A DNA stretch of 58,116 nt, from the UHGV virus genome UHGV-0195737. One strand, written 5' to 3'. A program made the position numbers and the translations under genes. Below the pieces are notes generated by a model. The model did no database searches and was not told the DNA's origin. It was given only the letters and a program-made list of their open reading frames with translations. The stretch comes from a virus. Position 1 is the stretch's first letter. Every line of letters starts with the position of its first letter. Below are positions 36,374 to 45,107 of the stretch, piece by piece.

Positions 36374-37095
36374 TATTCACCCCGTGTCACTCGCTTGATT
36401 TCGCTTTCCGCGCGGGCTTCCTCTTTGAATAGCTCCGCTATGGCGTCCTCATAGAAAACCCGATATTTTTTCCACCACGTTGATCGGCTTACCGGAAAAA
36501 CAAGCTGATTAACCGCCTGCCGAACAAGATCTACCGGGAAACGTGAGTACCCACGCCCGCCGCAGTGCTGGCACGTTTTGAAAACTGGCATTTCCGCCGC
36601 GTTGCTGGCTGCTTTATCCGGTATCTCGCCGCGCCCTTTGCATTGTTTACAATGGTTGCGAACTTTCCCATGCCCCTTGCATTTTTTGCAAAGGTGTTTT
36701 TCCCCGTAGTCGTCAAACGTAAATTTATATCCGCCGCACTCCATACAAGTTTTTTCCGTAGCGGCGCTTTGGCAATAATCCCTAAACGCGAAAACGGCAA
36801 CAAGAATAATAAGTCCATTGCGCTGATCCTCGTTTAACTCCATGACGTATTCGTAATCTTTTGCCATAGCCCTTAAACGCTCTGTAAGCAATACTACGGC
36901 CTTGTGTTTTTCGGCTTGCGATAGTTCCATCTTCCCTAAAAAAGCGCTATAGCCAAGCTCTACGCGCGATTGCGCCATACCAGCGGCGGTAAGTGCATCC
37001 GTCGTATTAAGCGCATCCGGGGATGTTCCCCGGCTTTCGTCTGACAATCGCGGTGATTTAGGAAAGTGGAATTTTAGAATGGATTCTAAATTCAT
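36373..37095 (-). CDS. Q: Late-gene antiterminator Q
   Basis: N-terminus close to lambda Q as recalled (LESxxKFHxPKSPxxSD, AxGMAQS); CxxCxGxG zinc-finger repeats. Confidence 0.75.
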   Translation of the reverse strand: MNLESILKFHFPKSPRLSDESRGTSPDALNTTDALTAAGMAQSRVELGYSAFLGKMELSQAEKHKAVVLLTERLRAMAKDYEYVMELNEDQRNGLIILVAVFAFRDYCQSAATEKTCMECGGYKFTFDDYGEKHLCKKCKGHGKVRNHCKQCKGRGEIPDKAASNAAEMPVFKTCQHCGGRGYSRFPVDLVRQAVNQLVFPVSRSTWWKKYRVFYEDAIAELFKEEARAESEIKRVTRGE

Positions 37096-37277
37096 TATTT
37101 ACCCCCGTAACGCGCCGCCAGGTGTTTACGGTCAGAAATGGATTGCACCATCTTTCGCTCAAGCTCTTTTAGCGCAAGCAATTCGCGCATATGAAAAGCC
37201 TGGATTTGTCGGATTGTTTCTAAATCATGTTCCTCACGCTGAATATCTATTTGCAGATCTTTAATTTCGTTTTTCAT
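37095..37277 (-). CDS. Hypothetical coiled-coil small protein
   Basis: 60 aa; overlaps Q start. Confidence 0.35.
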   Translation of the reverse strand: MKNEIKDLQIDIQREEHDLETIRQIQAFHMRELLALKELERKMVQSISDRKHLAARYGGK

Positions 37278-37681
37278 TGCTCACCCCACATATTAGTCGC
37301 GTATTCGTCAATATCCGGTAGCAGGTCGCCGCGTTCGCGTACCTTAATAAACAATCGCCCGCCTTTTACCTTCCGGCAGCGTACAATTTTTATTGCGTCG
37401 ATTTGTCCATCATCTTTCCAGAATCCGGCATAAGTAAGGCTATCAAAAAGGCATTTAGGGAGATTATCGAGATCCCTGGTCCGGTTATCCGGCGGCGCGG
37501 CATAAATGGCGATTGCCAGTCGGCAAGATAGGTTAATATTTAAATTCAATAGCTCGATAATGTCTTTTACTTGCTCCCGGTACTCCTTCCCCACTTTGCT
37601 GATATAGTGAAAACCGCGCGAATGCCTGTAATAGCGGTTATTGGATGGCGGGTAAGGCAGGCTAAAAGTATATTCATTCAT
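37274..37681 (-). CDS. rusA: Holliday junction resolvase RusA
   Basis: LPYPPSNNRYYRHSRG and RDLDNL motifs. Confidence 0.8.
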   Translation of the reverse strand: MNEYTFSLPYPPSNNRYYRHSRGFHYISKVGKEYREQVKDIIELLNLNINLSCRLAIAIYAAPPDNRTRDLDNLPKCLFDSLTYAGFWKDDGQIDAIKIVRCRKVKGGRLFIKVRERGDLLPDIDEYATNMWGEQ

Positions 37682-38283
37682 GCTGCCTTTCTCCTTAAGG
37701 CGTCCAATTTCGCCTGATAGATGTTTATTAACTCCTTACATTCTGCGATCGTCCATTTATGCGTATCGTTGTTGTTCTCCAGTGCTACCACCCTAGCGAG
37801 GCCAATTTTTCGAATCAGTGCCGGGCGATACCCTCCTATGTTTCCGTCTAATGTCTGGTTGCAGTGCCTGCATTGTTTATGGCAATTATCCTCGTTAAAG
37901 CGAAGGTGTCCGGCGGCGGCAACCGTTCTGTAGTGGCCTGCATCCCACCCGCATTGCTCACCGTAGTAAGTCCCGCAGGATATACACGGCAACCGCGCAT
38001 CACGTTCGCGGATATAGGCATTGAATACATTTTGAACTTGTTTGATCCAATAACTACGCGGATTTAACTGTTTACGCTTCCGGTTGCGTTCTTCCCGCTG
38101 GCTATCACGGCGTTTCTTCCGTTCCATAGCCTTCATAGCCTTCTCACGGTCGCGGCATAGCTGGTCAAATTTCAATTCTTCCAGGCATTCGTCACTGCAC
38201 CACGTCTGGTTGTGATATTTAGGCTCAAAAAAAACGCCGCAGCACTTGCAACGGCGTCTTATGGGTTTTTTAGGGTTTTGCAT
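37678..38283 (-). CDS. ninG: NinG/Rap-like recombination protein
   Basis: RRRCKCCGxxF start and CISCG, NEDNCHKQCRHCN Cys motifs; start at internal ATG with SD GGGGTGGA. Confidence 0.7.
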   Translation of the reverse strand: MQNPKKPIRRRCKCCGVFFEPKYHNQTWCSDECLEELKFDQLCRDREKAMKAMERKKRRDSQREERNRKRKQLNPRSYWIKQVQNVFNAYIRERDARLPCISCGTYYGEQCGWDAGHYRTVAAAGHLRFNEDNCHKQCRHCNQTLDGNIGGYRPALIRKIGLARVVALENNNDTHKWTIAECKELINIYQAKLDALRRKAA

Positions 38284-38297
38284 AAAGTCCACCCCAA

Positions 38298-38474
38298 TTA
38301 TTTTCGATATTCGATTTCGTTCGGCTTTGCGGCGGCTCCGGCCCTTAGCCAATGATCTACGCATTTGTTGCACTCGTTACAATCTCCTTTGTCGGGGTTA
38401 CATAAATTGCACATTGCCCGCATTACGCATTCGCGCTCGTAGTCGTCATGCCACGCGTACCTATCATCGTTCAT
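38298..38474 (-). CDS. Small Cys-rich protein (putative zinc-binding)
   Basis: 58 aa, not in track; strong SD AAGGAG; CxxC-type cysteines. Confidence 0.4.
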   Translation of the reverse strand: MNDDRYAWHDDYERECVMRAMCNLCNPDKGDCNECNKCVDHWLRAGAAAKPNEIEYRK

Positions 38475-38556
38475 GATTTATTCTCCTTCTGTCAGGTGAT
38501 ATATTTCCGCATTTCAGCGGGGCCAGGTTTTTAAAGAGCATTTCGTTTGATTGCAG

Positions 38557-38635
38557 TATACAAAATGGATACGCCCGGACAAGATGAAAAGCGCCATTAT
38601 GTGACGCTCATCACACAATGACGCCATTTTGTAAA
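38557..38635. promoter_or_regulatory. Intergenic element A with CRP-consensus palindrome
   Basis: TACAAAATGG...TGTGACGCTCATCACA...CCATTTTGTA; ~80% identical to element at 42417-42475. Confidence 0.4.
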
Positions 38636-38637
38636 CA

Positions 38638-39402
38638 TCAATCCGGTAAAACACGGTTAAGCGTAGTGCGAGTGATTGCCCGGTCGTTAGCCAGGAATAC
38701 AGCACGGGCAAAGCCGCGCGGCGTTAGTGAGCGGATCATCTTAGTGCGCTTCGACTTTCCGCCCAACTTCGCGTGCTGCTTACTATCTTCCCATTCATCC
38801 GGCATCGGTACAGGCCGGAATAGCGGCTGTTTAAATCCATTCCCACACCAGATACATGTTTTCTTCGTGTAGGCGTCGCGGTCGGCGATGTATTCCGGGA
38901 AAGCAGGATGTTTATCATCTTCCGGCAGGTAGCCACCGTAAGCGCACGGATTAAAGATAAAATCCGGTTTACGCCATAACGTTGACAGTGCGCCTACCGG
39001 ATTTTCCACCATCCACGGGACGTTATACATACTCGCCAGCATTTCTACTAACTTTGCGTTGTACGCTGCTTTCTGCTGAAAGTAAGGATCTTTCTTCCGC
39101 TTATCAGCAAACCAGCGAGCGCCGGATACCGCGAGATCGTCGCACGGAGGAAAGCCCAGGATAATGTCAGGATCTGGATAAACAGACAATTCAGGGGAGA
39201 ACATTACCAGGAAATGGCTGTCAATCCATACGTTAACGTATTCGATATTCGGATGAATGATTTTTACGCCTTCGTAATCGCCGTGATTAGCGCCGTCATA
39301 GTTGAAGCAATAGCACTTATATCCAGCTTCCGCCCAATCCTTAACGGCGTACCCGCTGCCGTCGTACAGCGACCACACAACCCAATTTCTAAGCCCTTTC
39401 AT
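38638..39402 (-). CDS. Atypical C5-cytosine methyltransferase-like protein
   Basis: C5-MTase-like motifs in order: LYDGSGY (I), GFPPCDD (IV-like, PCD not PCQ), ENPVG (VI-like); only 254 aa, no obvious target-recognition domain. Confidence 0.45.
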   Translation of the reverse strand: MKGLRNWVVWSLYDGSGYAVKDWAEAGYKCYCFNYDGANHGDYEGVKIIHPNIEYVNVWIDSHFLVMFSPELSVYPDPDIILGFPPCDDLAVSGARWFADKRKKDPYFQQKAAYNAKLVEMLASMYNVPWMVENPVGALSTLWRKPDFIFNPCAYGGYLPEDDKHPAFPEYIADRDAYTKKTCIWCGNGFKQPLFRPVPMPDEWEDSKQHAKLGGKSKRTKMIRSLTPRGFARAVFLANDRAITRTTLNRVLPD

Positions 39403-39902
39403 TTCCTGCCCTCAAACGTAAAATAGCGGCGCATGATGATAGTAATCACCGTTACCGCTGCCATTTTTGAGATGAATTGCATAGCTGATATTTCCGGCAT
39501 AAATGCCACAAACGATAGCGTAGGAAAAATTAACGCATCACCAATGGCGGACGCTATATTTGCAGGCCAGCGTTTAGAATCGAAATCACCAGGTAAAACC
39601 CGGTAAACGCCGCCAGAAATAAGCGCACCGGAAACAACCGCGACAAACGACGCGATCGCCACCATTCCGGCGTCGTAATTTATCAGCACCGTGATCGCGC
39701 CAGCTATAGCGCATGTTGTAGCCGACCATTTCAGGCCGCCGTCATATAACAGGAAGTCACGGATCATCATATTGACACACACAGCGGCTACCGTGGTGAC
39801 TGGAATTACCCACGGGCCGCAATGGTTAACAATAAGATTGATGATCACAAAAACGGCGACATAAACGCAGGCTAATAACCTGTCAATTGTCACCCTTTTC
39901 AT
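39399..39902 (-). CDS. Multi-pass inner membrane protein
   Basis: 4-5 predicted TM helices; start at internal ATG with SD GAAGGA. Confidence 0.45.
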   Translation of the reverse strand: MKRVTIDRLLACVYVAVFVIINLIVNHCGPWVIPVTTVAAVCVNMMIRDFLLYDGGLKWSATTCAIAGAITVLINYDAGMVAIASFVAVVSGALISGGVYRVLPGDFDSKRWPANIASAIGDALIFPTLSFVAFMPEISAMQFISKMAAVTVITIIMRRYFTFEGRK

Positions 39903-40374
39903 TTTTATGATCCTTCGGTGAATACAATAAAGCCTCTTTATTAAACCGCCAGCCGTTACCAAGCTGGAGGCTACCATTCATTATTACTTCGCCACTAGCG
40001 ATCAGGTCGCCTGGTATCGAGGTTTTTTTACAGCCGCAATTTAACGGCATATCAAAAACAGCCTGTTTCTTACTTTGTTCTTCCTCCCGATCCGTTAATA
40101 TTTGCTCTGCTTTTAGCGCGTTATAGCTAATCAAATCAATCAACGTGTCTGTCGGATCTGTTCCGTTGCTTAAAATGGCCCCTAAACGCGCTTCTTTGAG
40201 GCAAATCAGTAGATCCCATACATCAAGCGGGGTTAAATCGGCTCCCTTCTTAGCGTTGTAAATAGTGGCTATTTTTGGCGCTGATTTTTCCTCTTTTTTG
40301 TCGTAGCCGTTTTGCTTACCTCTTTGCTCTATGGTTTCCGCTGCGAGTCTTAATAAATCTGCTGCCTTAGTCAT
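39883..40374 (-). CDS. Hypothetical protein
   Basis: 163-aa ORF between membrane protein and Dam genes. Confidence 0.4.
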   Translation of the reverse strand: MTKAADLLRLAAETIEQRGKQNGYDKKEEKSAPKIATIYNAKKGADLTPLDVWDLLICLKEARLGAILSNGTDPTDTLIDLISYNALKAEQILTDREEEQSKKQAVFDMPLNCGCKKTSIPGDLIASGEVIMNGSLQLGNGWRFNKEALLYSPKDHKNEKGDN

Positions 40375-40907
40375 TATTCTGCACCTCTTGCATATAGCTC
40401 TTTACGTGTTATCTGCGTGAAAATACATTCATGCCTGCATCGTGGATGCCAGATCAAGAACAAGCTACCCTTATTGTTCCCGCTCGCTGGCTTACCAGTC
40501 GCAGCATTAATAAACGCCAGCCGCCCGCGCGTGATCAAGCGACATTCGTTTGCCGTTTCCAGGCCGTTCATAAACCAGTTAACAGAAATATCAGCGGGCA
40601 ATAACATTACACATCCGATATGATTTTGATGGTGCTCAAGTGCCGCCTTATCAACGAATGGCCCCGGATTAGAATATGGTGGATTCATCCAGACATACTC
40701 ACCAGGCATCGCCACCGCTCCCCACGGATAATGTAGTGTGTTCATTTCTTCGGTTATATATCGCGGAACTAATGCGTTTGCCTTGTTTGCCGCCACATCG
40801 GCGACGAATTCGAATTCCCGATCCATTCCTCTAAATACGGGCTTCGGCGTTTGCCAGAGATCCTTAATTTCCTTCGGCGTGTGGCTGCCGCCGTAATCAT
40901 TTTTCAT
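40374..40907 (-). CDS. DNA N6-adenine methyltransferase (phage Dam-type)
   Basis: 177 aa; NPPY catalytic motif; size typical of small phage Dam family. Confidence 0.7.
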   Translation of the reverse strand: MKNDYGGSHTPKEIKDLWQTPKPVFRGMDREFEFVADVAANKANALVPRYITEEMNTLHYPWGAVAMPGEYVWMNPPYSNPGPFVDKAALEHHQNHIGCVMLLPADISVNWFMNGLETANECRLITRGRLAFINAATGKPASGNNKGSLFLIWHPRCRHECIFTQITRKELYARGAE

Positions 40908-40916
40908 TATACCCCC

Positions 40917-41150
40917 TTAAAAATAATCCTGTTCCGTCCCCCAGCGGTTGTTTAAATACCCCACCAACCACACAAACCGCTCAATACTGATTAGCGGGGC
41001 GACCTTGCGATAATGCCTATCGAGTATCAGCCGCGTGGCTTTATCGCTATAGCCGTTTCTTTCTACCTCCGCTTTGCAGGCAGAAAGCGCCGCGCGGGCA
41101 GCAGTTTTAACGGCGTTAAATTGCGGCTCTGACAGGTTGAATAAAGCCAT
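40917..41150 (-). CDS. Hypothetical protein
   Basis: Start set at internal ATG with SD GGTGA. Confidence 0.35.
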   Translation of the reverse strand: MALFNLSEPQFNAVKTAARAALSACKAEVERNGYSDKATRLILDRHYRKVAPLISIERFVWLVGYLNNRWGTEQDYF

Positions 41151-41154
41151 ATAA

Positions 41155-41391
41155 TCACCACGGATCATCCCAATCAGGTGCGGCAGCCCAACAAAAACCC
41201 ATGAAAACACTAAAAGCGATTAGCACGCGTACACCAAAAAACAATTCCGCCCACGGTCGAATATCAGGAAGCGACCATGTGATAAACATTGCACCGACAA
41301 TCAAAACAGCAATAATGACAGTGCACCCCAGGAAAACAAAAAGCGCGGCTAAAAGCCACGCCCCCAAGAAATGAAACAGTTCTCTTAACAT
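41155..41391 (-). CDS. Small membrane protein (2 TM)
   Basis: 78 aa, two hydrophobic helices. Confidence 0.4.
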   Translation of the reverse strand: MLRELFHFLGAWLLAALFVFLGCTVIIAVLIVGAMFITWSLPDIRPWAELFFGVRVLIAFSVFMGFCWAAAPDWDDPW

Positions 41392-41595
41392 TTAAACGTC
41401 CTCAATCACCCCGCCTTTCACGCGCTCTTTAATATCCCACACATGAGGCATACACATTTCCTGATAATAGTGATCCGGCCTGCTGCCGAAATACCATTTG
41501 CCATCCATGTAAAAATAAACGCCCGAAAAATTACCAGGTGCGGCCTTTGTTGCTGCTTCTGGAATTTTCCATTCTCTGTAATGTTTAAACCGCAT
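41392..41595 (-). CDS. Hypothetical small protein
   Basis: 67-aa ORF. Confidence 0.4.
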   Translation of the reverse strand: MRFKHYREWKIPEAATKAAPGNFSGVYFYMDGKWYFGSRPDHYYQEMCMPHVWDIKERVKGGVIEDV

Positions 41596-41779
41596 GTAAC
41601 GATACCTCCCGGATAAGTTTGCTCAATTCAACATCTGGTAGCCTGCGAAAATGCTGTACACCATCGACAAAGCGCACGCAATAAACATCGCCTATATTGT
41701 TGTAGTAATAACAGCCACTAAAACCAATCCCGGCTAATTTGGCGTTGTCCGGTAATGTATAGCCACCAACCTTTTTCAT
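41585..41779 (-). CDS. Hypothetical small protein
   Basis: ATG start (track start is GTG). Confidence 0.4.
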   Translation of the reverse strand: MKKVGGYTLPDNAKLAGIGFSGCYYYNNIGDVYCVRFVDGVQHFRRLPDVELSKLIREVSLHAV

Positions 41780-41797
41780 ATTCAGCCTCACAAATAT

Positions 41798-41965
41798 TTT
41801 TCAATCACCCAGCGGAGAAACAAACCGACCATTACGATCCCCCAGCAACAAGCCATAAACATCAATTCAGCGTCCATTGTGTTTTCCTTCTTCCCAGGCG
41901 AAATAACAAACAAAGCCAACCAGGGCGAACAACCAACAACCCAGGATTAAATCAATCAGCCACAT
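41798..41965 (-). other. Two coupled hydrophobic microprotein ORFs (about 29 and 32 aa)
   Basis: MWLIDLILGCWLFALVGFVCYFAW with SD GGAGG; overlapping start of MDAELMFMACCWGIVMVGLFLRW. Confidence 0.3.
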
Positions 41966-41967
41966 AA

Positions 41968-42186
41968 TCACGCCTCCAGTAAGCCATAATCGAATTTTCC
42001 AAGATATTGCTCGATACCAATCATCTCGACACCCTGGACTTCCGCGCCCCATACAGTTACGTGATAAGCGTCCTCCCGCCATTGTTCGTGGCTTAACACT
42101 TCGTTTGCCGGATATTTCCGCCCGGCGACGTAAGCGCCCGGACCTACGCCACCCTCTACGCAATGCAGCATGATTTGGTTTTCCAT
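41968..42186 (-). CDS. Hypothetical protein
   Basis: ATG with SD GGGGTGGA; the overlapping Arg-rich track ORF 41867-42163 is judged spurious. Confidence 0.4.
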   Translation of the reverse strand: MENQIMLHCVEGGVGPGAYVAGRKYPANEVLSHEQWREDAYHVTVWGAEVQGVEMIGIEQYLGKFDYGLLEA

Positions 42187-42196
42187 ATCCACCCCG

Positions 42197-42379
42197 CTAA
42201 TAGCAAACCGCGTACATACAGATCCCGTTGTTGAAGGCTTTGATAATCAGGTCAATGATCATGTAAACGAGCATTACAGCCGCCGCCGGGACCAGAATCG
42301 CGAATAGTCCGCCTAACGTGCGCTCAATGATGAAGTGCGGGTTTAGTTTGCTTTTGTGGTTACGTTCAAAGTTTGTCAT
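42197..42379 (-). CDS. Small membrane protein
   Basis: About 60 aa from internal ATG; one TM helix. Confidence 0.35.
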   Translation of the reverse strand: MTNFERNHKSKLNPHFIIERTLGGLFAILVPAAAVMLVYMIIDLIIKAFNNGICMYAVCY

Positions 42380-42416
42380 TTTCCCGCCCTCCGTTCTGTA
42401 TACCTTTCGATTTAAG

Positions 42417-42475
42417 TTTACAAAACGGATACAGCAGGACAAGACAAAATGTATATTTATGTGATCGCAATCACG
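42417..42475. promoter_or_regulatory. Intergenic element B (homologue of element A)
   Basis: TACAAAACGGATAC...TGTGATCGCAATCACG; near-CRP palindrome. Confidence 0.4.
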
Positions 42476-42478
42476 CTG

Positions 42479-43099
42479 TTAATGAAGTACGCGTTTTTCC
42501 GGCTCATGAATAGGCTGTGCGTTTTTCCGTGCATCATTAAGCACAGCGATAGCCGCCTGTACGCCTAATTCATTAGCTCGCATATCATCGCCAACGAAAT
42601 TTCCGTAAAGCACCGGAATAAACGCCTTAACGTTCACTTCTTCGTGTCCTTCCTCAACAAATTTCTGTAACATCTTAACCTCAAAGATGCCTTTCATCAG
42701 TTCGCGCATACAATGCAGTGAAGCACTACCGAACTGATCCTTACTTAACGGGAAAATAACAGCACTTCCGAACGCGAGCGGATCAACTTCCTCCGGTACT
42801 GGTACGCGTCCGAATTCTTCCTCCATGCGTTTTACAAAAGAAAGGCAGAACACATAACGCGCAATATCTGTTTTTTCTTCCAGGCTTAAATCAACGTAAT
42901 CGCGGATTGATGCATCCATCATAATATCAACAATCTGTAGCGCCAGGTTTAAATCGGCGTCATACGCGCCAGCGTTCATATCTTTTAATACTTCGTGATA
43001 ATCCTTCGTTTCCACTTCATGAAAACTTGCGTCCTCCGCGTAGCGAGTGATTAACATGCCGTCGCTGCCGAGTGAATAAGCTGTTTTGATATTGTTCAT
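42479..43099 (-). CDS. Hypothetical protein (early operon)
   Basis: 206 aa from ATG with SD AAGGA. Confidence 0.45.
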   Translation of the reverse strand: MNNIKTAYSLGSDGMLITRYAEDASFHEVETKDYHEVLKDMNAGAYDADLNLALQIVDIMMDASIRDYVDLSLEEKTDIARYVFCLSFVKRMEEEFGRVPVPEEVDPLAFGSAVIFPLSKDQFGSASLHCMRELMKGIFEVKMLQKFVEEGHEEVNVKAFIPVLYGNFVGDDMRANELGVQAAIAVLNDARKNAQPIHEPEKRVLH

Positions 43100-43110
43100 A
43101 ATATTTATCC

Positions 43111-43443
43111 TTATAGTGGATGATGCCATTTCATTTCAGTTTCTGGATTGAACGGGTTTCCTTCGCTTGAAAGGAATAAATCACGCTCCCGTTTCAGTTC
43201 TTCCGGGCTTATTTCCATTTCGTCAATCTGACCGAACGATCCCGGCATCATTCGTTTTAAATCAGATAGCGGACGCATAAGGCCACAGCCACGTAACAGC
43301 ATATCTACCGCAAATTGTCGCCGCCCGCCAGCATCATTGAAGCGACGCGCCCACGGCACACACACGATCCGGCGTTCGAATTCAATGAATAGAGATAGCT
43401 TGTTTGTGTTAGCGTCATACGCTTTGTGGAATTTAATTTTCAT
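43111..43443 (-). CDS. Hypothetical protein
   Basis: 110-aa ORF. Confidence 0.4.
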   Translation of the reverse strand: MKIKFHKAYDANTNKLSLFIEFERRIVCVPWARRFNDAGGRRQFAVDMLLRGCGLMRPLSDLKRMMPGSFGQIDEMEISPEELKRERDLFLSSEGNPFNPETEMKWHHPL

Positions 43444-43626
43444 TTATAACACCTCGACATATTGTTCAAGATGCCATTGGCCTACCTCGTCGTAATCTTC
43501 ATCGAATATTGTTACCTGACCCCCTGGCCCGAAATAAAAGGCAGTAGCAATAAATTCATATCCCCACCACGCGCGGATCTTCTCACCGCCTTTCAGGTCT
43601 TTAACCTTCACCAATTTTATAGCCAT
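43444..43626 (-). CDS. Hypothetical small protein
   Basis: 60-aa ORF. Confidence 0.35.
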   Translation of the reverse strand: MAIKLVKVKDLKGGEKIRAWWGYEFIATAFYFGPGGQVTIFDEDYDEVGQWHLEQYVEVL

Positions 43627-43889
43627 ACGCCGAACATCCCATTTAGACCAGCGAACAACCGCCGCCAGTGGTTTTCAACATAAGCCCGGAACGGCTTAAC
43701 ACGAACATTGCGGGCCGTTAGTACGATACTATCGAAGTAGCGCGGCTCGATCAGCGTGCCATCTAAATATTGAACAAGTAACGGTCGTTCAAGATCGCTA
43801 CATGTTTTATTCAGCACGACCAGGCCAGGATCACTACGATATGCAGGCAAAACAACGAGATCACCCGCCTTTGCATCCCAAATCATCAT
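43617..43889 (-). CDS. Hypothetical protein
   Basis: First ATG (track start is GTG). Confidence 0.4.
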   Translation of the reverse strand: MMIWDAKAGDLVVLPAYRSDPGLVVLNKTCSDLERPLLVQYLDGTLIEPRYFDSIVLTARNVRVKPFRAYVENHWRRLFAGLNGMFGVWL

Positions 43890-44130
43890 CACATTAACCC
43901 CTTACCAATAAAGCTAATCACCGCCGCCAGTGCGCCGCAAAACACAACCGTAAACAGGAAGCAAATAACGCAAAACGCAACCCTTACAATATCCTTACCG
44001 ACTTTCATAATTGGCCTCACATATTAGTAATCAGTTTGATGATCGCCACCGTGATATAAAGCGAAACACTGAGATACAGCACCGCCACTGCTACCGCCGC
44101 GAGCAATGCGGCAATTTTTGCGAGATTCAT
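43889..44130 (-). other. Two coupled hydrophobic microprotein ORFs (about 37 and 39 aa)
   Basis: MNLAKIAALLAAVAVAVLYLSVSLYITVAIIKLITNM and MKVGKDIVRVAFCVICFLFTVVFCGALAAVISFIGKGLM; ATGA overlap with upstream gene. Confidence 0.3.
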
Positions 44131-44393
44131 TTGCCACCCTCCGCAATGAATTTATCAAGCCATTTATTATTCGCCAGACGTTCGGCGTCTTCGCCAAATG
44201 ATTTACGGTTACTTAATTCCTGGCGAGTAGGGAAAGGCCATTTATCCACCCACCCCGCAGACGTTTCGAATTCATAGTTACCGCCGCCGAAATCAATAAA
44301 GACGTCACTATCATCAAGACTTTCCGCAGTCCTCTGAAAACCTCTGCCGTTATTTTCGCTTAATGTTGTAGCTGTCATGATTCGATACCTCAT
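44127..44393 (-). CDS. Hypothetical protein
   Basis: 88-aa ORF. Confidence 0.4.
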   Translation of the reverse strand: MRYRIMTATTLSENNGRGFQRTAESLDDSDVFIDFGGGNYEFETSAGWVDKWPFPTRQELSNRKSFGEDAERLANNKWLDKFIAEGGK

Positions 44394-44671
44394 TAATCGT
44401 TAATAACCTGGCCCATACGCCCGCGATATTTGCGCATACGTGGATCGACATATTCAGGCCACTGCATATCCGGTTTTCTTTGCAGCGGGTAAAAACTCGC
44501 TTGCCAGTTGTCAAACCAGATTTGCTTTGCGTACAGGTCACTAAATCTTTTCGCCATTCGTTCCGCTGCCGTGCCACATAAAAAAAGCCCCCGATCGATT
44601 TGATCGCGGGCTTCTTTTAATACTTGCTCTTTTGTTCGTGGCGGCGGTGGCGGTTTTAAATAATCACCCAT
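44393..44671 (-). CDS. Hypothetical protein
   Basis: 92-aa ORF; Pro-rich N-terminus. Confidence 0.4.
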   Translation of the reverse strand: MGDYLKPPPPPRTKEQVLKEARDQIDRGLFLCGTAAERMAKRFSDLYAKQIWFDNWQASFYPLQRKPDMQWPEYVDPRMRKYRGRMGQVIND

Positions 44672-44687
44672 CGCTAACCTATTGATT

Positions 44688-45107
44688 CTAAAAAGGAATA
44701 TCGTCGTCGAAGTCCATCGGCGGAGGATTGTTCCCGTTATTATTCTGCTGCTGCGGCGGCGCTTTCTGCTGCTGGCCTTGCTGCTGGCCCTGCTGGTTAA
44801 CGTTCATGAATTCGAATTCACTGACCGCTACTTCTACAGCCGTTCCCTTCGTGCCGTCGTTCCGGTCATATTGCCGAACATCCAGGCGACCGCTTACCAC
44901 TATCTTTCCGCCCTTGCGGATATGCGGCGCTAATTTTTCCGCACGCTCACCAAATACCAGGCAAGTGATCCACATTGTCCGCTTATTATCGCCGTAGCCA
45001 TTCGTTACAGCTAACGAGAAACTACCAATCGCTTTTCCGTTTTGCGTGTAGCGAATTTCCATGTCGTTTCCGATATTTCCGCCCAGCGTGATTGAATTTA
45101 AACTCAT
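44688..45107 (-). CDS. ssb: Single-stranded DNA-binding protein
   Basis: OB-fold-sized N-terminus, Gln/Gly-rich linker, canonical acidic tail DFDDDIPF. Confidence 0.85.
   Translation of the reverse strand: MSLNSITLGGNIGNDMEIRYTQNGKAIGSFSLAVTNGYGDNKRTMWITCLVFGERAEKLAPHIRKGGKIVVSGRLDVRQYDRNDGTKGTAVEVAVSEFEFMNVNQQGQQQGQQQKAPPQQQNNNGNNPPPMDFDDDIPF

Noticed and set aside
38514-38711. 65-aa ORF spanning intergenic element A
   Set aside because: Covers a conserved non-coding repeat and the 3' end of the methyltransferase-like gene; no SD.
39399-39902. Assigning the membrane protein to the queuosine-precursor transporter (YhhQ/VUT) family
   Set aside because: The resemblance rests on an unverified recollection of a motif and there is no DpdA/TGT-like partner gene; kept as a generic membrane protein.
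41867-42163. 98-aa Arg-rich ORF overlapping the 41968-42186 gene
   Set aside because: Most of it is an out-of-frame overlap with a better-supported gene; only its C-terminal 32 codons (hydrophobic, own SD) were kept as a possible microprotein.
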